Shown here: in pieces, positions 11,068 to 24,135 of the stretch | Layout: every line of letters starts with the position of its first letter | How positions within the stretch are numbered: position 1 is the stretch's first letter | Program-made: the position numbers and the translations under genes | The notes under the pieces: model-generated | Told to the model about the DNA's origin: nothing | The model's input: only the letters and a program-made list of their open reading frames with translations | Databases searched by the model: none | NCBI GenBank assembly: GCA_976226885.1 | Contig: OZ320314.1 | Span: forward strand, 71,362,001-71,426,000 | DNA from: Iphione sp. A-MEVVRFRX5 | Lineage: Eukaryota | Direction: 5' to 3' | DNA: 64,000 bases

Positions 11068-13172
11068 CACAGACGAAGGTGGCGAGGGCTTTATGTGTAC
11101 GTGTGTGTGTACCTTGCCAGCTAACATTTGAACATTTTTGTGAACCGCATAGATTTAAAACCAGTTTACTGTTCGGTCACCATGAGATTTATTGCATTTG
11201 GAAAACCTTCATTTACATTGGATGTTGTTGTTTTTCATGTAGGACACGATGACTGTGTGCGGGGATTGGCCGTTCTCTCTTCCGTGGAGTTCCTCTCTTG
11301 TAGTAACGACTCGACGATCAGACGTTGGCATTCATCAGGAGAGTGTTTAAACACATACTATGGACACAGCAACTATGTGTACTCCATCTCCATTCTTGGA
11401 AACGGCGAGGACTTTGTCACGGGTGGTGAAGACCGTACACTGCGTGTGTGGCGTGGTGGAGAGTGTGTCCAGACAGTGGCCCATCCCACAGAGTCTGTAT
11501 GGGCAGTGTGTGCACTACCCAATGATGACGTAGTAACAGGTGGCAGGTAGGCTACATAGTCATTTTCTGGCGTGTAGTGACTTACGTTCCTGACTACAGT
11601 GTTTATGTCTATTGGCTGTTTCACTATGTCTTTGTTTATCCCTTCCCGGCCGTCTGTATCCAGGTATCATCCATGCACATGTTTCTAAGTTTCTCATCTG
11701 CCAAATAATGTAGCTTACAGAATAATTGTCACCTGAATATACTTTTCTCTCGAGCATAGCCAGCTCTTGTGACCTCTTCGACAAAGTCAGTTTTATTTGT
11801 CTCCAACAGTGACGGTGTGATTCGAGTGTTCAGCTGTCGACCGGAAAGACAGGCAGAGGAGTCGGTACAGAAGGCCTTTGAGGAGCAAGTGTCAGCCTCG
11901 ACTATACCCACCCAGATAGGAGACATCAAAGTGGACAACCTGCCTGGCCCTGAAGCACTCTTTAACCCAGGTAAACTAGGTTTTGAGTTCTATGGTCAGA
12001 TTTGAAGATGTTGGTTTATTTCCATCAGTTGGTGTTACTATACATACTCAACGGTATTAATTCAGCATGTATCCAAATGTAACTTCTCAAAACTCCCTTG
12101 AAATTGTTCATACACTTTGTCCATTTGTAAACAGAGTTTCATTTCTCCCCAGATACAAACATTTTTAAAAGATAAACTGGAGACATTCTCATACACCAGT
12201 GATAATTGTCTTTTACTCTAATTAACATTTATTCATTTGTTAAAATCAAGTATGTAGTACAGATTTGTTTCCTTCACTGTTCATATAAATTGTATTCATA
12301 TATAAAAGAGTGCAGTATAATTAAGAACACTGAAGCAGTTGTCACCATAGACAATGGACCCTAAACTAACACTGTGATTCACTTTTTTTGCAACGTGTAA
12401 ACCATTTGCATAGCCACACTTAAGCACAGCTAGCCTCAATAACACCAACACATTGTTGAAAGCTCGGAGAACAGAGTCGTATAAAAACAAGGACTCATTA
12501 AAAGGGTTTTTCTGTTATTAGATTATAGTGTCAGCCTTCTTTCATACAAAACTCATAGTGTCAGCCTTCTTTCATAGAAAACTCTTATCTGAAAAGAATT
12601 GACAGCAACAGGCTTTGTTCAGTAACAGCAGGCCGACTACAGAGGAAAGCCTCTAATCAGGACACCCTTGGTTCTGTCCCAAAGTGTCCCTATTTAAGAT
12701 GTGTCCCTATTAGAGACTTCTTTTAATATAGAACAAATAGAATCTGTTCTTCCCAAAAGTGTCCCGGTTAGAGACATGTCCCTATTGAAAACGTGTCCCT
12801 AAGGTGGCTTTCCACTGTATACATTTACTTGAAGAGACTCATTTTGTAGATTCTAACAAAGCTTTTGTGTGCATGAATTCACTATTAGACACAAAGTACT
12901 CACAGCTATAATTTTCGCCATCATTAGGTACGCGTGATGGGCAGACGATCATGGTGAAGGACGACAAGAATGCCGTAACGGCTCATCAGTGGAGTGCCTC
13001 TGAAGGACGCTGGATAAAGGTTGGCGATGTGGTTGGTAGCAGTGGGGGATCCCAGGCCACCTCGGGGAAGACGTTATACAATGGAAAGGTACTTGGCCCT
13101 CTCTATTTCACCATTGGTGTCATGCTGTCTACTACCTCTTGCGTGGATGCAGTCTCGTCACTAGTCGCTTTC

Positions 13173-13203
<31 letters not shown>

Positions 13204-13205
13204 TG

Positions 13206-13236
<31 letters not shown>

Positions 13237-13906
13237 TCACAGCCTTCTATCACTTACAATTGCATTCTAGTTAACGCTTTCACCAATAGGTAGCATCATT
13301 TGTCCCAGGAGTTTTGTATTTCAAAAATAATTTTTAGAGTCTCTAGAAGGTTTGCTCACTGTTTTCTTCGCCCCCTTCGCTTTACATATAGTGATTTGGA
13401 TGGACCCCTGACAGTCAGTAGTCATATCATACTAGTTTATATAATGAATGAAAGATAATGAAGGTATATTATGTATATGTGTAATAAATAATATATGATG
13501 CGACGAATAATACACAAGAACCAGATTAGTCTTCCACCCTGAGAATTCCTGTGTATTAACGTCAGTCATTATGCATCTTTATAAACTATTTTATTAATCT
13601 GTTTTATTTGCAGGAGTACGATTACGTATTCAGCGTCGACATCAGTGAGGGCCAGCCCGCCTTGAAGCTGCCCTACAACATTGGTGACGACCCATGGATG
13701 GCCGCCCACAAGTTCCTGCAGGACAACGACCTGAGCCCTCTCTGCCTCGACCAAGTGGCCAACTTCATCGTGGAACAGACGAAAGGTGTCAGCATTGGCT
13801 CTGCTCCCGCACCCCCAACCGTCTCGGATCCCTTCACAGGCAGGTGCAAACAAGTGCTTTAAATACGATCTCGCAGTGTGCTAAGTGGCTTATGTTATCA
13901 TAATAG

Positions 13907-13946
<40 letters not shown>

Positions 13947-16071
13947 CCTTAACAGAGGAGCAATAATAAATGTGCACTGCAAGAAAATCTTATCTTTTTA
14001 TAGCCCCAGGTGACATTGTCTATATGGGACAGTCTCCCAACCCCTGAAACAAATTTAGTGGGTGCTAGACTGTATAACTGGATGTTGGTTGACACAATAC
14101 AACCTGTGTTTTGGTTTTGCTTTCCAAAGTTGAATTTACATAGATATGTAGATGTGCATGAATATTCAGATCTCGGAGACACCTTAATTTCTGTCCATCC
14201 TGTCTCTTTTCGACTAAGTGTTGGCTCTGTTCTCATTGAAACTTATATCAAGTCAAAAGTTCTTCCATGTACATGTATTTGAACATAATCTGTCCCTACT
14301 CTAGGTGGAGGCAGGTATATCCCGGGTGGAATAGGCGATACAGGCAGCACAGGGAAAGCGCCAGGGGCCCCTGCATTTGGTGCTGATCCTTTCACTGGTA
14401 GGAAGCTTTTTCTCTCAGATTGTCAATTTGTCTTTTTATCTGCCTCTCTGTTCCTATGTCTTTTCCACAGTTTATTTTGTGAGCGTAAATCATCGGAGTA
14501 TCCCCTTACCAATTGACGGATCATCCGTGTCGTAGTAACATTCCACGAAGAAGGTTTATTGCGTCAAAATAACGCCCCCTTATGACGTTTTCATACCAAC
14601 TATGGCGATAATAATCACTGTCGTAGGCTGGAAGGGGTAAAAGTCAAGATTGAAATAGGTATGTAAACATGTGCGCGATTCTTAAATTATGAACGTTTTG
14701 AACTGATCACCGACTGCTCTGATCTTCAGGAGGTGGAAGCTACAAACCTGCAGGAGCCACCAGTGATACCACCGGCAACCTGTACTTCCCTCAGTCGTCC
14801 TATATCTTCTTTGAGCAAGCCAACACCTCAGCCATTCTAGGTAAGGCAGTCGTCCTCTAAGACATCAGTACTTGCAGATCAGGAATAAAGCAACACAGAC
14901 GATAAAACTTAATACATACCGAATAGTTGTCATAAAAAAAACATGACAATACGGGTTGTTGCTAAAAAATAGCCAAACAAAATGCATTATAATTCACTTT
15001 AAAATGAAACCCTATGAAAAGCACATTCTGTATATGCAGCTCTTAACTACTCCCCTCTTTTATTGCCTATAGGAAAACTAAGAGAATTTAATGGTAAAGT
15101 AGGCGCTAACCACCAGGTGGCGGATGCAGACGTTGAGCAGGTTGAGAGATTATTAAGCGGCTCAACAGCAACTGCTGAACAGTTGAGCCTAATGTGGAAA
15201 CTCCTACAGTGGCCACCAGGTGAGGCAGTGGTTTCGTTTTAGGAGCGAAAAAAATATACTTTCACTTCTTCCAGTTAGTTCACTGTTTATATTGCAAACC
15301 GATGTTTCATCTGAGATTATTTGGAACTAGATTGGATTTGATATATTAGTCTTCGTTTGGTTAAAATTTGTTCCCAGTTTGTTGTAGCATTACGGCACAG
15401 TGCCTAAATATACCACTCATGTTGGCTGCTTATTAAGTAAAAGAATATTTTCTTATCATTGGAAATAGTGTAAAAGGAATGTCTGGTTTGTATTTGTAGA
15501 TTTATTGTTCCCTGTGCTGGACGTGTTCCGGCTCTCTGTGCGGGGGTCAGCCGTCAACGAGCACTTCTTCAACACCAAGGACGGAGCGGCTGTCATTGCA
15601 CATCTGCTCGCCATCCTCAAGAGCCCCAGCTCTGCCAACCAGATGCTCACCCTACGCACACTGTGCAATGCGCTCAAACACTCAGCGGGCGAGCAGCTCA
15701 TCCTGGCGCACCGGGAGCAGCTAATAGCCGCCACGCTGGACAGCTGTGGGGCGAGCGGGAACAAGAACGTGGAGGTGGCCTTGAGCACTTTATTGCTGAA
15801 CCTGGCTGTGGGCGCCAATAAGAACAAGGACGTAGAGGCTAAGGCTCAGTTGCTATCCGCCGCAGCCACAACAATGCAAACCCAAGCCGACCAGGAGGCT
15901 AATTTCCGCCTCTTGGTATGTGTAGGTTCACTGGTAAACGAGGATGAGAACAGTATAGCATTAGCACGCTCCTTAGACATGGCAGAGTGTGTTAATAGGT
16001 TCACATTGCTTTCCTTACCGGCCAAGCTACCCGAATGTGCTAAACTAGTTGTTACTGTTCTAGGAGACTGA
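10173..16071 (+). CDS. PLAA: Phospholipase A-2-activating protein (PLAA/Doa1/Ufd3; WD40-PFU-PUL), 5' exons not in window
   Basis: Exons 10173-10274, 10506-10625, 11243-11546, 11810-11970, 12928-13088, 13614-13839, 14305-14397, 14730-14840, 15073-15219, 15500-16071 splice in frame to TGA. Motifs: [50 protein letters not shown] (WD40); [18 protein letters not shown] (PFU); DPFTGGGRY repeats; [31 protein letters not shown] (PUL). Confidence 0.97.
10939..11072. repeat. Compound (GACA)n microsatellite in PLAA intron
   Basis: Two interrupted GACA tracts. Confidence 0.95.
12640..12817. mobile_element. Tc1/mariner-type MITE (178 bp, TA target duplication)
   Basis: TA|CAGAGGAAAGCCTCTAATCAGGACACC at the left end; the right end reads TA|CAGTGGAAAGCCACCTTAGGGACAC in reverse complement. 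Internal GTGTCCC motif is repeated. Confidence 0.75.
13174..13235. repeat. (TATG)n microsatellite
   Basis: Perfect tetranucleotide run. Confidence 0.97.
13906..13946. repeat. (GTT)n microsatellite
   Basis: Perfect trinucleotide run. Confidence 0.97.
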
Positions 16072-19000
16072 TGGCAAAGGATTTTCCAAAAATACTTGAA
16101 CATATTTAATGTGTACATTTGATTTCTAAGACCATACTTGAATGCCAAGCAGTTGCGATGTGTATGTAGAGGATATGCAGATATCCCTATACGTAGCTTG
16201 TTCCTGGATTTACACAACTGGGTGTCACTCAGAAGGCGTATGTAGAGCAAGTTTCTCATTAAAGTCATCGTAGCTGTTAAATTTCTGCGAAAAAAAACTG
16301 CCTCGCTTTGAACTTCCTCAGTATGCCTTATGGAAACGAAATCTTATGTCTGAGAAGGTATTTACATGAGGTTTTCCCTGTATTAGTTCGATTTGATCAT
16401 GTGAATAAATGCAAGTCATGTCCTGAATATTATCACAAAAAGCTGTTCAGACGTTTTTACAATAAAGATCATTTGTATTATGTAAGCTGCTTTACTCTTT
16501 TCATCCCCACACAGAGCTGCCGGTTATTTCATATTTTGTTATTAGGATTGCAAAGAGATCACGCGATAGCCGGCTTCTCAGCCCTTTAACACAATCTGGT
16601 GCATGGCACGCAGGAGTTTGCCCTTGGATGGTTTTCTTGAGTCGTACGTCAAAAGATGATGTCTGGACAGTGTAAATATTGCTTACAGGGGGGAGTTGAA
16701 AAGGACGTTTGGAATGCAGAGAGTTGACTTTTTAAAGCCAAACTTCCTCATCTAAATTCCTACACCAAATCTAGATACTGGAAACTTAGACAATGTCGCA
16801 ATAAGAAGAATTGTTAACAAAGTTGACAGAAAATTCCTCGCTGTGTTACCATTTCCGAAATTCCCTCTCTCCTGGGAATGTGAACATTCTGAGTTGACAG
16901 TTGTTCATTCATATATCGAATAACATTTACATGTCCTTCTTTTGCTTTTGTATCGTCTTTCGAGCAAGTGGTTCATACAGTTGTACTATGAGTCACTCTT
17001 AGGGCCAGCGTCGATCGAGGACAAGTAGGACTCTGTTACGCAGCATTTTTTTTTGTTACGCAGCAACTCGCCTCACAATGCAGTAGTGTCCGAAACGATC
17101 AGAGAGGCCATACACTTTTGTCTTGTGTTTGTACAGTTCTCAACCAGACGAACCATAGAAAAATATGGCGACAAAAGTGAACAACGCTACACCACCCAAG
17201 GAATGGCGCCGGGCGAGTCGTAACATGGGTGTCGGCCGATGGAAAAACGGTCATATACAGAGACATATTTGCCTCATGGAATGGCAGTATGTTTATAATA
17301 ATTTGCATGGACCGTGGTTGGAACCAAAATAGCCGAACGTTGCAAAAGCATGGATTACTTTCACTCAGTATATTGTGGGCATGTCTTGTAAAAATTTGTT
17401 GCAAAGGAATTTAATGTGAGACTTGTTTCCTCAAAATCTTTTTCGGGAATTAAGAGACCTCAATTTGGACTCTGGACAGGAGCAATGTAGAAGGGAAAGG
17501 GGAAAGCCAAGAAATGTGCATAGGAGTAAGTTTAAAAGGAGGAAATTAGAAAATTATTAATTATAATTGGGGAACGGAAGAAGAGACGAGTGTAGATGTT
17601 TAAGATGAACTGTATACATGTATGTAGTTTGGGCTGGTTTTGATAGATTGCAAATATCACCTAAAACCTTGGCATCCACTATATAACAATAAAACACGTG
17701 TACGAAAATGTACTTTGTAGTTTTGTGTAGGACAACGGTGATTCTTGGAATATGCAAACTACCTGCCGCATGCCTTTGTCTTCGCCAACTTAGTGTCCGA
17801 ACGGCGTGGATATCGTGATATTTACAATGGCATATACCCCATTGAAGTGCTACGCCTTATAGGTGTGGACCATGCCATCGTGAGACATCCTCCCGGTTCG
17901 TCGACTTGAGAGCATGCGTGATGGGCGGGCAAATAACACCGGCTGCTGACTGCAAGAACCCGCCGGTAGTGTCGCTGATAGTTGCGACCGCGGCGAGCCG
18001 ACGCTATTTGAGTTGCTCTCGCCCCAGCTGTCTCAAGCACGTAGTGGGGCACATGTGGTAAAATATGATCCTTAACAAAACTTTCCCCGCCACATGTATT
18101 TCTGACATTTCGGGTTAGCAAATACAGGATCTACGCTCAATCTACCTTTATACTCTGAATCCTTTTTCGGCCAGGAAAAAATGAAATATCGGAAGATCAG
18201 ATGTGATGCCATTTAGCATAGTGGTACATGCCCTGGCACGTGTAAATGTAGTTTTATTTATAAGAATGAATTGCTCCTCCAACACTAGGGATACATACAT
18301 GAGATAGACAAACGAACGCCACATATGGCGTACTTTTGGTTCCTACAGCAATTAAAAAATATGTATTACAGTTTGGTTGCAGTATTCGAATTTTGTTATT
18401 TTGGATTTGTTCACCGACTGATGGTATTATCAGCTGTTTTAATTAATTTGTTCAGGACAGGTGGGAACGACCCTCCCCTGCCTAGCCCTTATTTAGCTGA
18501 GATGAATGCTTTAACCCACGCCCCTGACTAATACGCAGTGTGTAACCGCCTGTCTTCCTAGCTCTTTACAATCGGTAGTTTCTACCAATGTAAACCTCCA
18601 TTCACATGGCTGAATGACCTTTGTAGAGTATTGATGAGAAAGCAGGAATAAGATAACTTGCTGGGGATATCGATTGCTTTCCTTTGGTGACCACATGCAA
18701 CTTTTCTAGGAGCCAGCAGATCAGGTTCAGATTGATATTGGTCAGTGGGTCATGACACTTCTGTATATCTAGATTGCTTGTATCAACCATACATGAGGTC
18801 ATAAAAGAGAGCTGCTTTTACCTAGGGTGATTTTGCTGTACAATAAATCCCTGTCAGGCCTAAGAATATTGATAGAGAGGGTCACAAAGGTAAAGCCAGT
18901 TGCCTAGATAAGTCTAAGGGCGCCAAGGTTACGGTAAAATTAAGGCAGCCAAGAAAAATCAAACTGGACTGATGGATGCAGCAGTAGCTCTGTCTGTCAG

Positions 19001-19789
19001 GGTGGACAGGTTTTCTTAAACTTTCCCGGGATATCCTGAGTTAAGAGGTCATACTTAGGTCCTCACTAGCTTCTAACTGCTAAATTGATCACACCAAGAT
19101 CTTAATAGTTTCTGAAGGGGCAGCATCACATTTGGCCTGCAACAATCAAATGTAGAGTTTTCTTGCCGACTTGTGGTAAAAATACTACAAGGCCACATAT
19201 CACAGTCTTTACATTTTCCCGTGAGTCGGTGTCTACACAGCTGTAGAATCCTTCATATGGCTTATTCTGTTGCTGAGGTTCTCAGCTTTTATTTGATATA
19301 AGTTTCATTAAAATGTGACGAGTAGAAGTGGGTCGTTTCAGTTTGGAAAGACAAAGTGTATTTTGTTAGCATGTGAAATCACGATGCAAAATAAAATGTC
19401 TATAATCTATAATCTAGAAAAAATGGAATATGTGGCTACTTTGCTGAATCCTATATCTCATGTGGCTGTTTCAGTATATGATATTAAAGCATGGCTGCCA
19501 TCTTTAATTCTCTATGCACATATTTAGCAAAATGTGCTAATATCATACATAATGAGTTCTTGTCTGTGAATTATTATAGATTATTTTACAAACATGCATA
19601 GCAATATTTTGCTATGAAAGAAAGAGAAGTGAAAACAGACAAATCCTTTATTACAAAAGCAAAAAGACATGCTGGGTAGTAAAACGACATCAGGAAACAG
19701 TTGGACATTACTGAAAATATACATTTCAATTGTAACGAATTAATACACCTGGTCAGCCCTATACAGGCCATGAGATATCTCAAACCTAT

Positions 19790-22115
19790 TTCATTCATAG
19801 AATGAATAACCTTTTTGCCATCTTTCAAAAGAGCAACCTGAGGCATGTATCTGGGTATAATAACATCAAAAATATCAGTATCAATCAAATCGATCATGGC
19901 ATTTGTTTTCAATTCAGATCCAATAGAAGATCAAACACTAGAATTACCATCAGAAGACACTTGAGATCGAGAGTGTGGGAGAGGAGGTTGCAAACTGTCA
20001 CTAATTTTGTGCTCTAGAGCTGCAAAAGGCCTCTTGTGTGCTCTAACAGCAGTGGATTTATGTCCACTTCGGGATGTTATTGACTGTTTGTCAAACTGAT
20101 TGTCATAGAGAGTAGTACAACACATTACTTTTCCAGAATGGCCAGTGATATTTCTACCTTCCATCAAAATATTTGCAGTAGTTAACATATCCTTCATGTG
20201 CATAATTAATTTGTTGATGCCTACACTTTGGGCGCTGGATATCATTTTTCCATTAACATTTGGTAAGGTCTTCTATAGAATGCTTGAATGAAGGCTAAGC
20301 TCTTGCCTCTATGAGGTGTGACCGAGTTGTGAGTTTGCCAGCTGTTCTTCCATGCCTTATGTAGGCCTCAGTGTTGTCAGGGGCAATCTTCAGGTCTCCC
20401 TATCTGATTTTTTAGCAGTAAAATGGCAGTCTTCTGCCCACTATAACACAGTTTCAACAGTTAGTCTCATCAGGTACATATTACTTGAAAAATGACATAG
20501 GTAGAGTCTTGTTGTTTTTAAATTACTGCTGTTGCATGATATGTGTCTTTTTACCTCATATTCTCTACCTGTGACTGGACTTTTAAGTCTCCTATAGAAG
20601 CGACCATTCTGAGGAATGGACTGGAGGTATTTTTCAAAAGCTTTGACAACACAGCATGAGTTTTCTGGTTGTGAATAATGTTTAACCTGCCTAGGTGTAC
20701 AACTAGAATTAATTTACCAGTAATTATTGTCTTAGCTAACCTGCCATTGTACAAAATATATCTGTTACCATCTTAATCATTACCAAACATATACTTTTCA
20801 GCCATTAAGCTGCTGTGTTCATCTTTTGCTCAAAATCCAAATATTTAGCAGTTATAAAAATACACTGCCTACAAAATGGAAAGGACATCTCTGAAACTAA
20901 TAATCTCTGTATCCCAGAGTCTACCTTCATTATCAGAGGACACTAGATCAGCTCTGGAACAATAAATGGTACACCACTCCGGTAGGTTAATTTTATCAGC
21001 CTTTATTCTTCACAGCTTTACAGCACAGTGCCAGCATCAATGTAGGCGAGTCCAAGGATAGTGTTGAAGCAACTCTCTTATATACTCAAATCCTTTTGAT
21101 AAACAATGTGCACAAACAGCACATGATCTGGATGTAACCATTAATTGAAAGTAGCTACGCAATAGTTGTCAAATGTTGTACCACATGATGTCACAGCACC
21201 AAGTATATTCAGGGTACCTTTTAAGATGTAGACCATAAGACCACCTTGTTCATGTGCAACTTAATATGAAAGGACAATGTTGTTACACTGTTCTACAAGA
21301 AAAGTTTCCGCCAGAGCTGATTCCAAGAACATGAGTACCTAAGATGACAAATTTTTCTTTGTGCACTTAGTGGTACTTCATACAAGGCTTTCTTCAACAT
21401 CTTATAACTTTACACTATACACTTCACAGTACTTTAAGAATATCATTCTTAATATATTTTCCATTGCAACTAGTACTGTGTTACAGCTCACACAGCATTG
21501 TACCCACTCCCTTTTCCATAAACACCTTCCTCTTGGTATCGAGGGCATCACAAAACATTTTGAAATTCTTGTCATCTTTTTTTAAGAAGCCAGATATCAA
21601 GCCTATAGAAGCAATCCTGCATGTACCTCTGAATTCCAGCCGGAATATTTGTCAGCATTCCTGAAAAATACAAAGAACGCATATTAAGTATATAATTCAT
21701 TGAAGAAGCCTTAAACCTATGAAAAAAAGTGAAAAAAGTGAAAATATACATGCCTAGTGGATATAGGGAATTGTCTTATTTTCCTTTTTTCAGTGATGAA
21801 GTATGCCAACCAATAGTCTAACCTTGGGAGGTCAGCACTATCCAGAGACGGAATGGGTCAGTTATAATTTTGCTTGGAGTCTTCCAACCATTTCCTCGAT
21901 ATATGCCATTCCTTGAATAATGATTATGCCCATTTGGATGCTAATTGAGGGTTCTTACAAATACATTGATCTGTTGATTGAAATTCATAAGAAGACAAGA
22001 CTGAGTCACACCTGGCTTGGAGACGAGAATGATCAACATCAGCTGACTGGAGAGTCTCTGGAGGAGTTTCGGAAACATCAGGAACAGTAGAAGCAGATGT
22101 CAGCATAGGATACAT
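19790..22115 (-). mobile_element. Decayed Crypton-type (DUF3504/KCTD1-like) tyrosine-recombinase DNA transposon
   Basis: Minus-strand pieces with stops and frameshifts: SKWA*SLFKEW..LDYWLAYFITEKRK/DNSLYP; intron 21753-21661; AGIQRYM..DDKNFKMFCDALDTKRK..KGVG; ADLVSSDNEGRLW..AVYFYNC*IFGF*AKDEH; KHYSQPENSCCVVKAFEKYL..FYRR; SAQSVGINKL..ITGHSGK..RSGHKSTAVRAHKRP; tail IIPRYMPQVALLKDGKKVI. Confidence 0.8.
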
Positions 22116-24135
22116 TTTTGGAGAAGACTCCTCCCCTGTGGTCTCTGGATATATGTTTTCTAATGCCTCTACTGATCTAGATCCAAGTCAAACATTGATT
22201 TGTCCATCTCTCAGTCTGTACAGATACTAATGACTTCCAGTTCACTGCGCCTCATTTGATATGATTTCTGAAGAAAAACAACACTTCATCCTGAGATCTG
22301 ACTGATACATTTCAATTCACCATGCTCTGCTGTCGTCAGTACATCTCTGAGAGTAAAGCATATGATTTAGAAACATTTCAAGCCACCGCACCATGGTGAC
22401 GTCCAGTAATATATCACGTACACTGCTCTACTCCAGCCGTATCTATTACTTTGTGCAACCGTAGAGATTTGAAATAACAAGATCTGACTCTAGACGGAAA
22501 TAAGGACGAAACGCAAATAATTTATGCCACTAACATGTTTATTATTTGAATACCTCATGTGAGCTGTAGAACTTTGCTATCGATGTCAATAAATTATTTT
22601 ATACACGTATACACCTATTTCACATTTCATGTTACAGTCTGTTATTTGCCTTAAATATATACCAAGATAAGCTATTCTAGACACATTTAGTTGTAAGTGT
22701 ACGAGGTTGTGCTATTCTCCATCTTCCTATAATGACATTATCCAACAAGTAGGTGATTGGGACCATTTTCTGTTTTCCTATTCCTCCATATTATAGACAG
22801 CTTGCGCAAGTGTAAAGTACACTTTCTCGGGTTAAAACTTTCATTGCCAAATATTTGTTTGCAATACGCAATGCGGAATAGTATGCAGTCATTCAAGATG
22901 GAAGAAGTGGGCACAGCCACTTAAAGTGCAACATGTAAGACAGTAACATAAGGTGGAACATTGGTGGAGTCGCATAAAGGTCATCGGCCTGTGCCTTTCC
23001 GAAGTGTGCGTCTGTAACGTTTTCGCCGTCGTAGCCTGCTTCCCACTAGACCCGTCTCCATTCATATCATTCTACCTGATTTGCACTATATAGTTATTCT
23101 TCACACTCTCATTTTCACCGCCCTTTCCCCTTTTTTATAGTCCCCAAACTCCCGCGCGACCGAATAAAACTGACTTCCGTCCATGTTCTCTTTTCTACGA
23201 ACACCAGCCTAAGTACAAAAACCAAACCACCATACAGATGCAGAATATATATATCTAAAGCCGGTATTAAATTTGAACACGGTTTGTAATATTACAGGAA
23301 CGGAACATAATACAAAAACATACACTTATATCTGTCCGATTGTGAAAGCAATCAAGAATCAAGAGGGCATACATTTTACAGGTTTAGGCAACACGTACTA
23401 AGTTGATACGGAAAGTGAAAATGATGTACAGATCCGGACAATCATATAACTGTTGTATAACTGTTGGTCATCTAGCTTGTTTAATGCTGTCACATGGAGA
23501 TCTTGCAAATTTGAATTGGTGACTGGTGGTGATGACTTTTTAGATGGTCCCGTCAGCAACCAACACCCATCCAAGAACAGTCGTGACACACTATCTGGAG
23601 ACTCAACAACCAGATTATCACTTTAACCTTATACGAATAGGAGGACTAAGGCATTTTCACTATAAAATGTACTATTTAACTGGACATCGGTATCTGTATC
23701 CGGAGTGTATTTTTCTCTTTTTATAGGTGACTTATAGGCCTACTGTCACTGACCTGTCACTGTCCTGTCAGTGATCTGATGCCACCCAGCCATCAATCAG
23801 TCACTAACAAGTTGTTGTCTCATCACAAAATGACTACTAGTTAGTCCCTGATCAATATCCAATAAATCTTTGCTCACCTTGGACCATACAATTGGTGCTA
23901 CAATGTAATACACATGTACTTGATCTTTATGCAATAATTCTGTAACTCAATCTTTATCTGATAGGTAACCAATTTCTCTACTTGTTCATTAAATACATGT
24001 ACTCATACATACTCAACTAGATTAGCTGACCTGAATGCGAGTTATGAATCACAGCAACAGTTTAAATCCCCTGTGGATTAGTTTCCTAAATTGCTTAGCC
24101 TGTTGGCCAAGTCGAGCACTGAGGTGTCACGCATC

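Noticed and set aside
10886-11127. ORFs with SVCL repeats
   Set aside because: Translations of the (GACA)n microsatellite.
15456-16268. Minus-strand ORFs overlapping PLAA exons
   Set aside because: Antisense shadows of the PLAA coding sequence.
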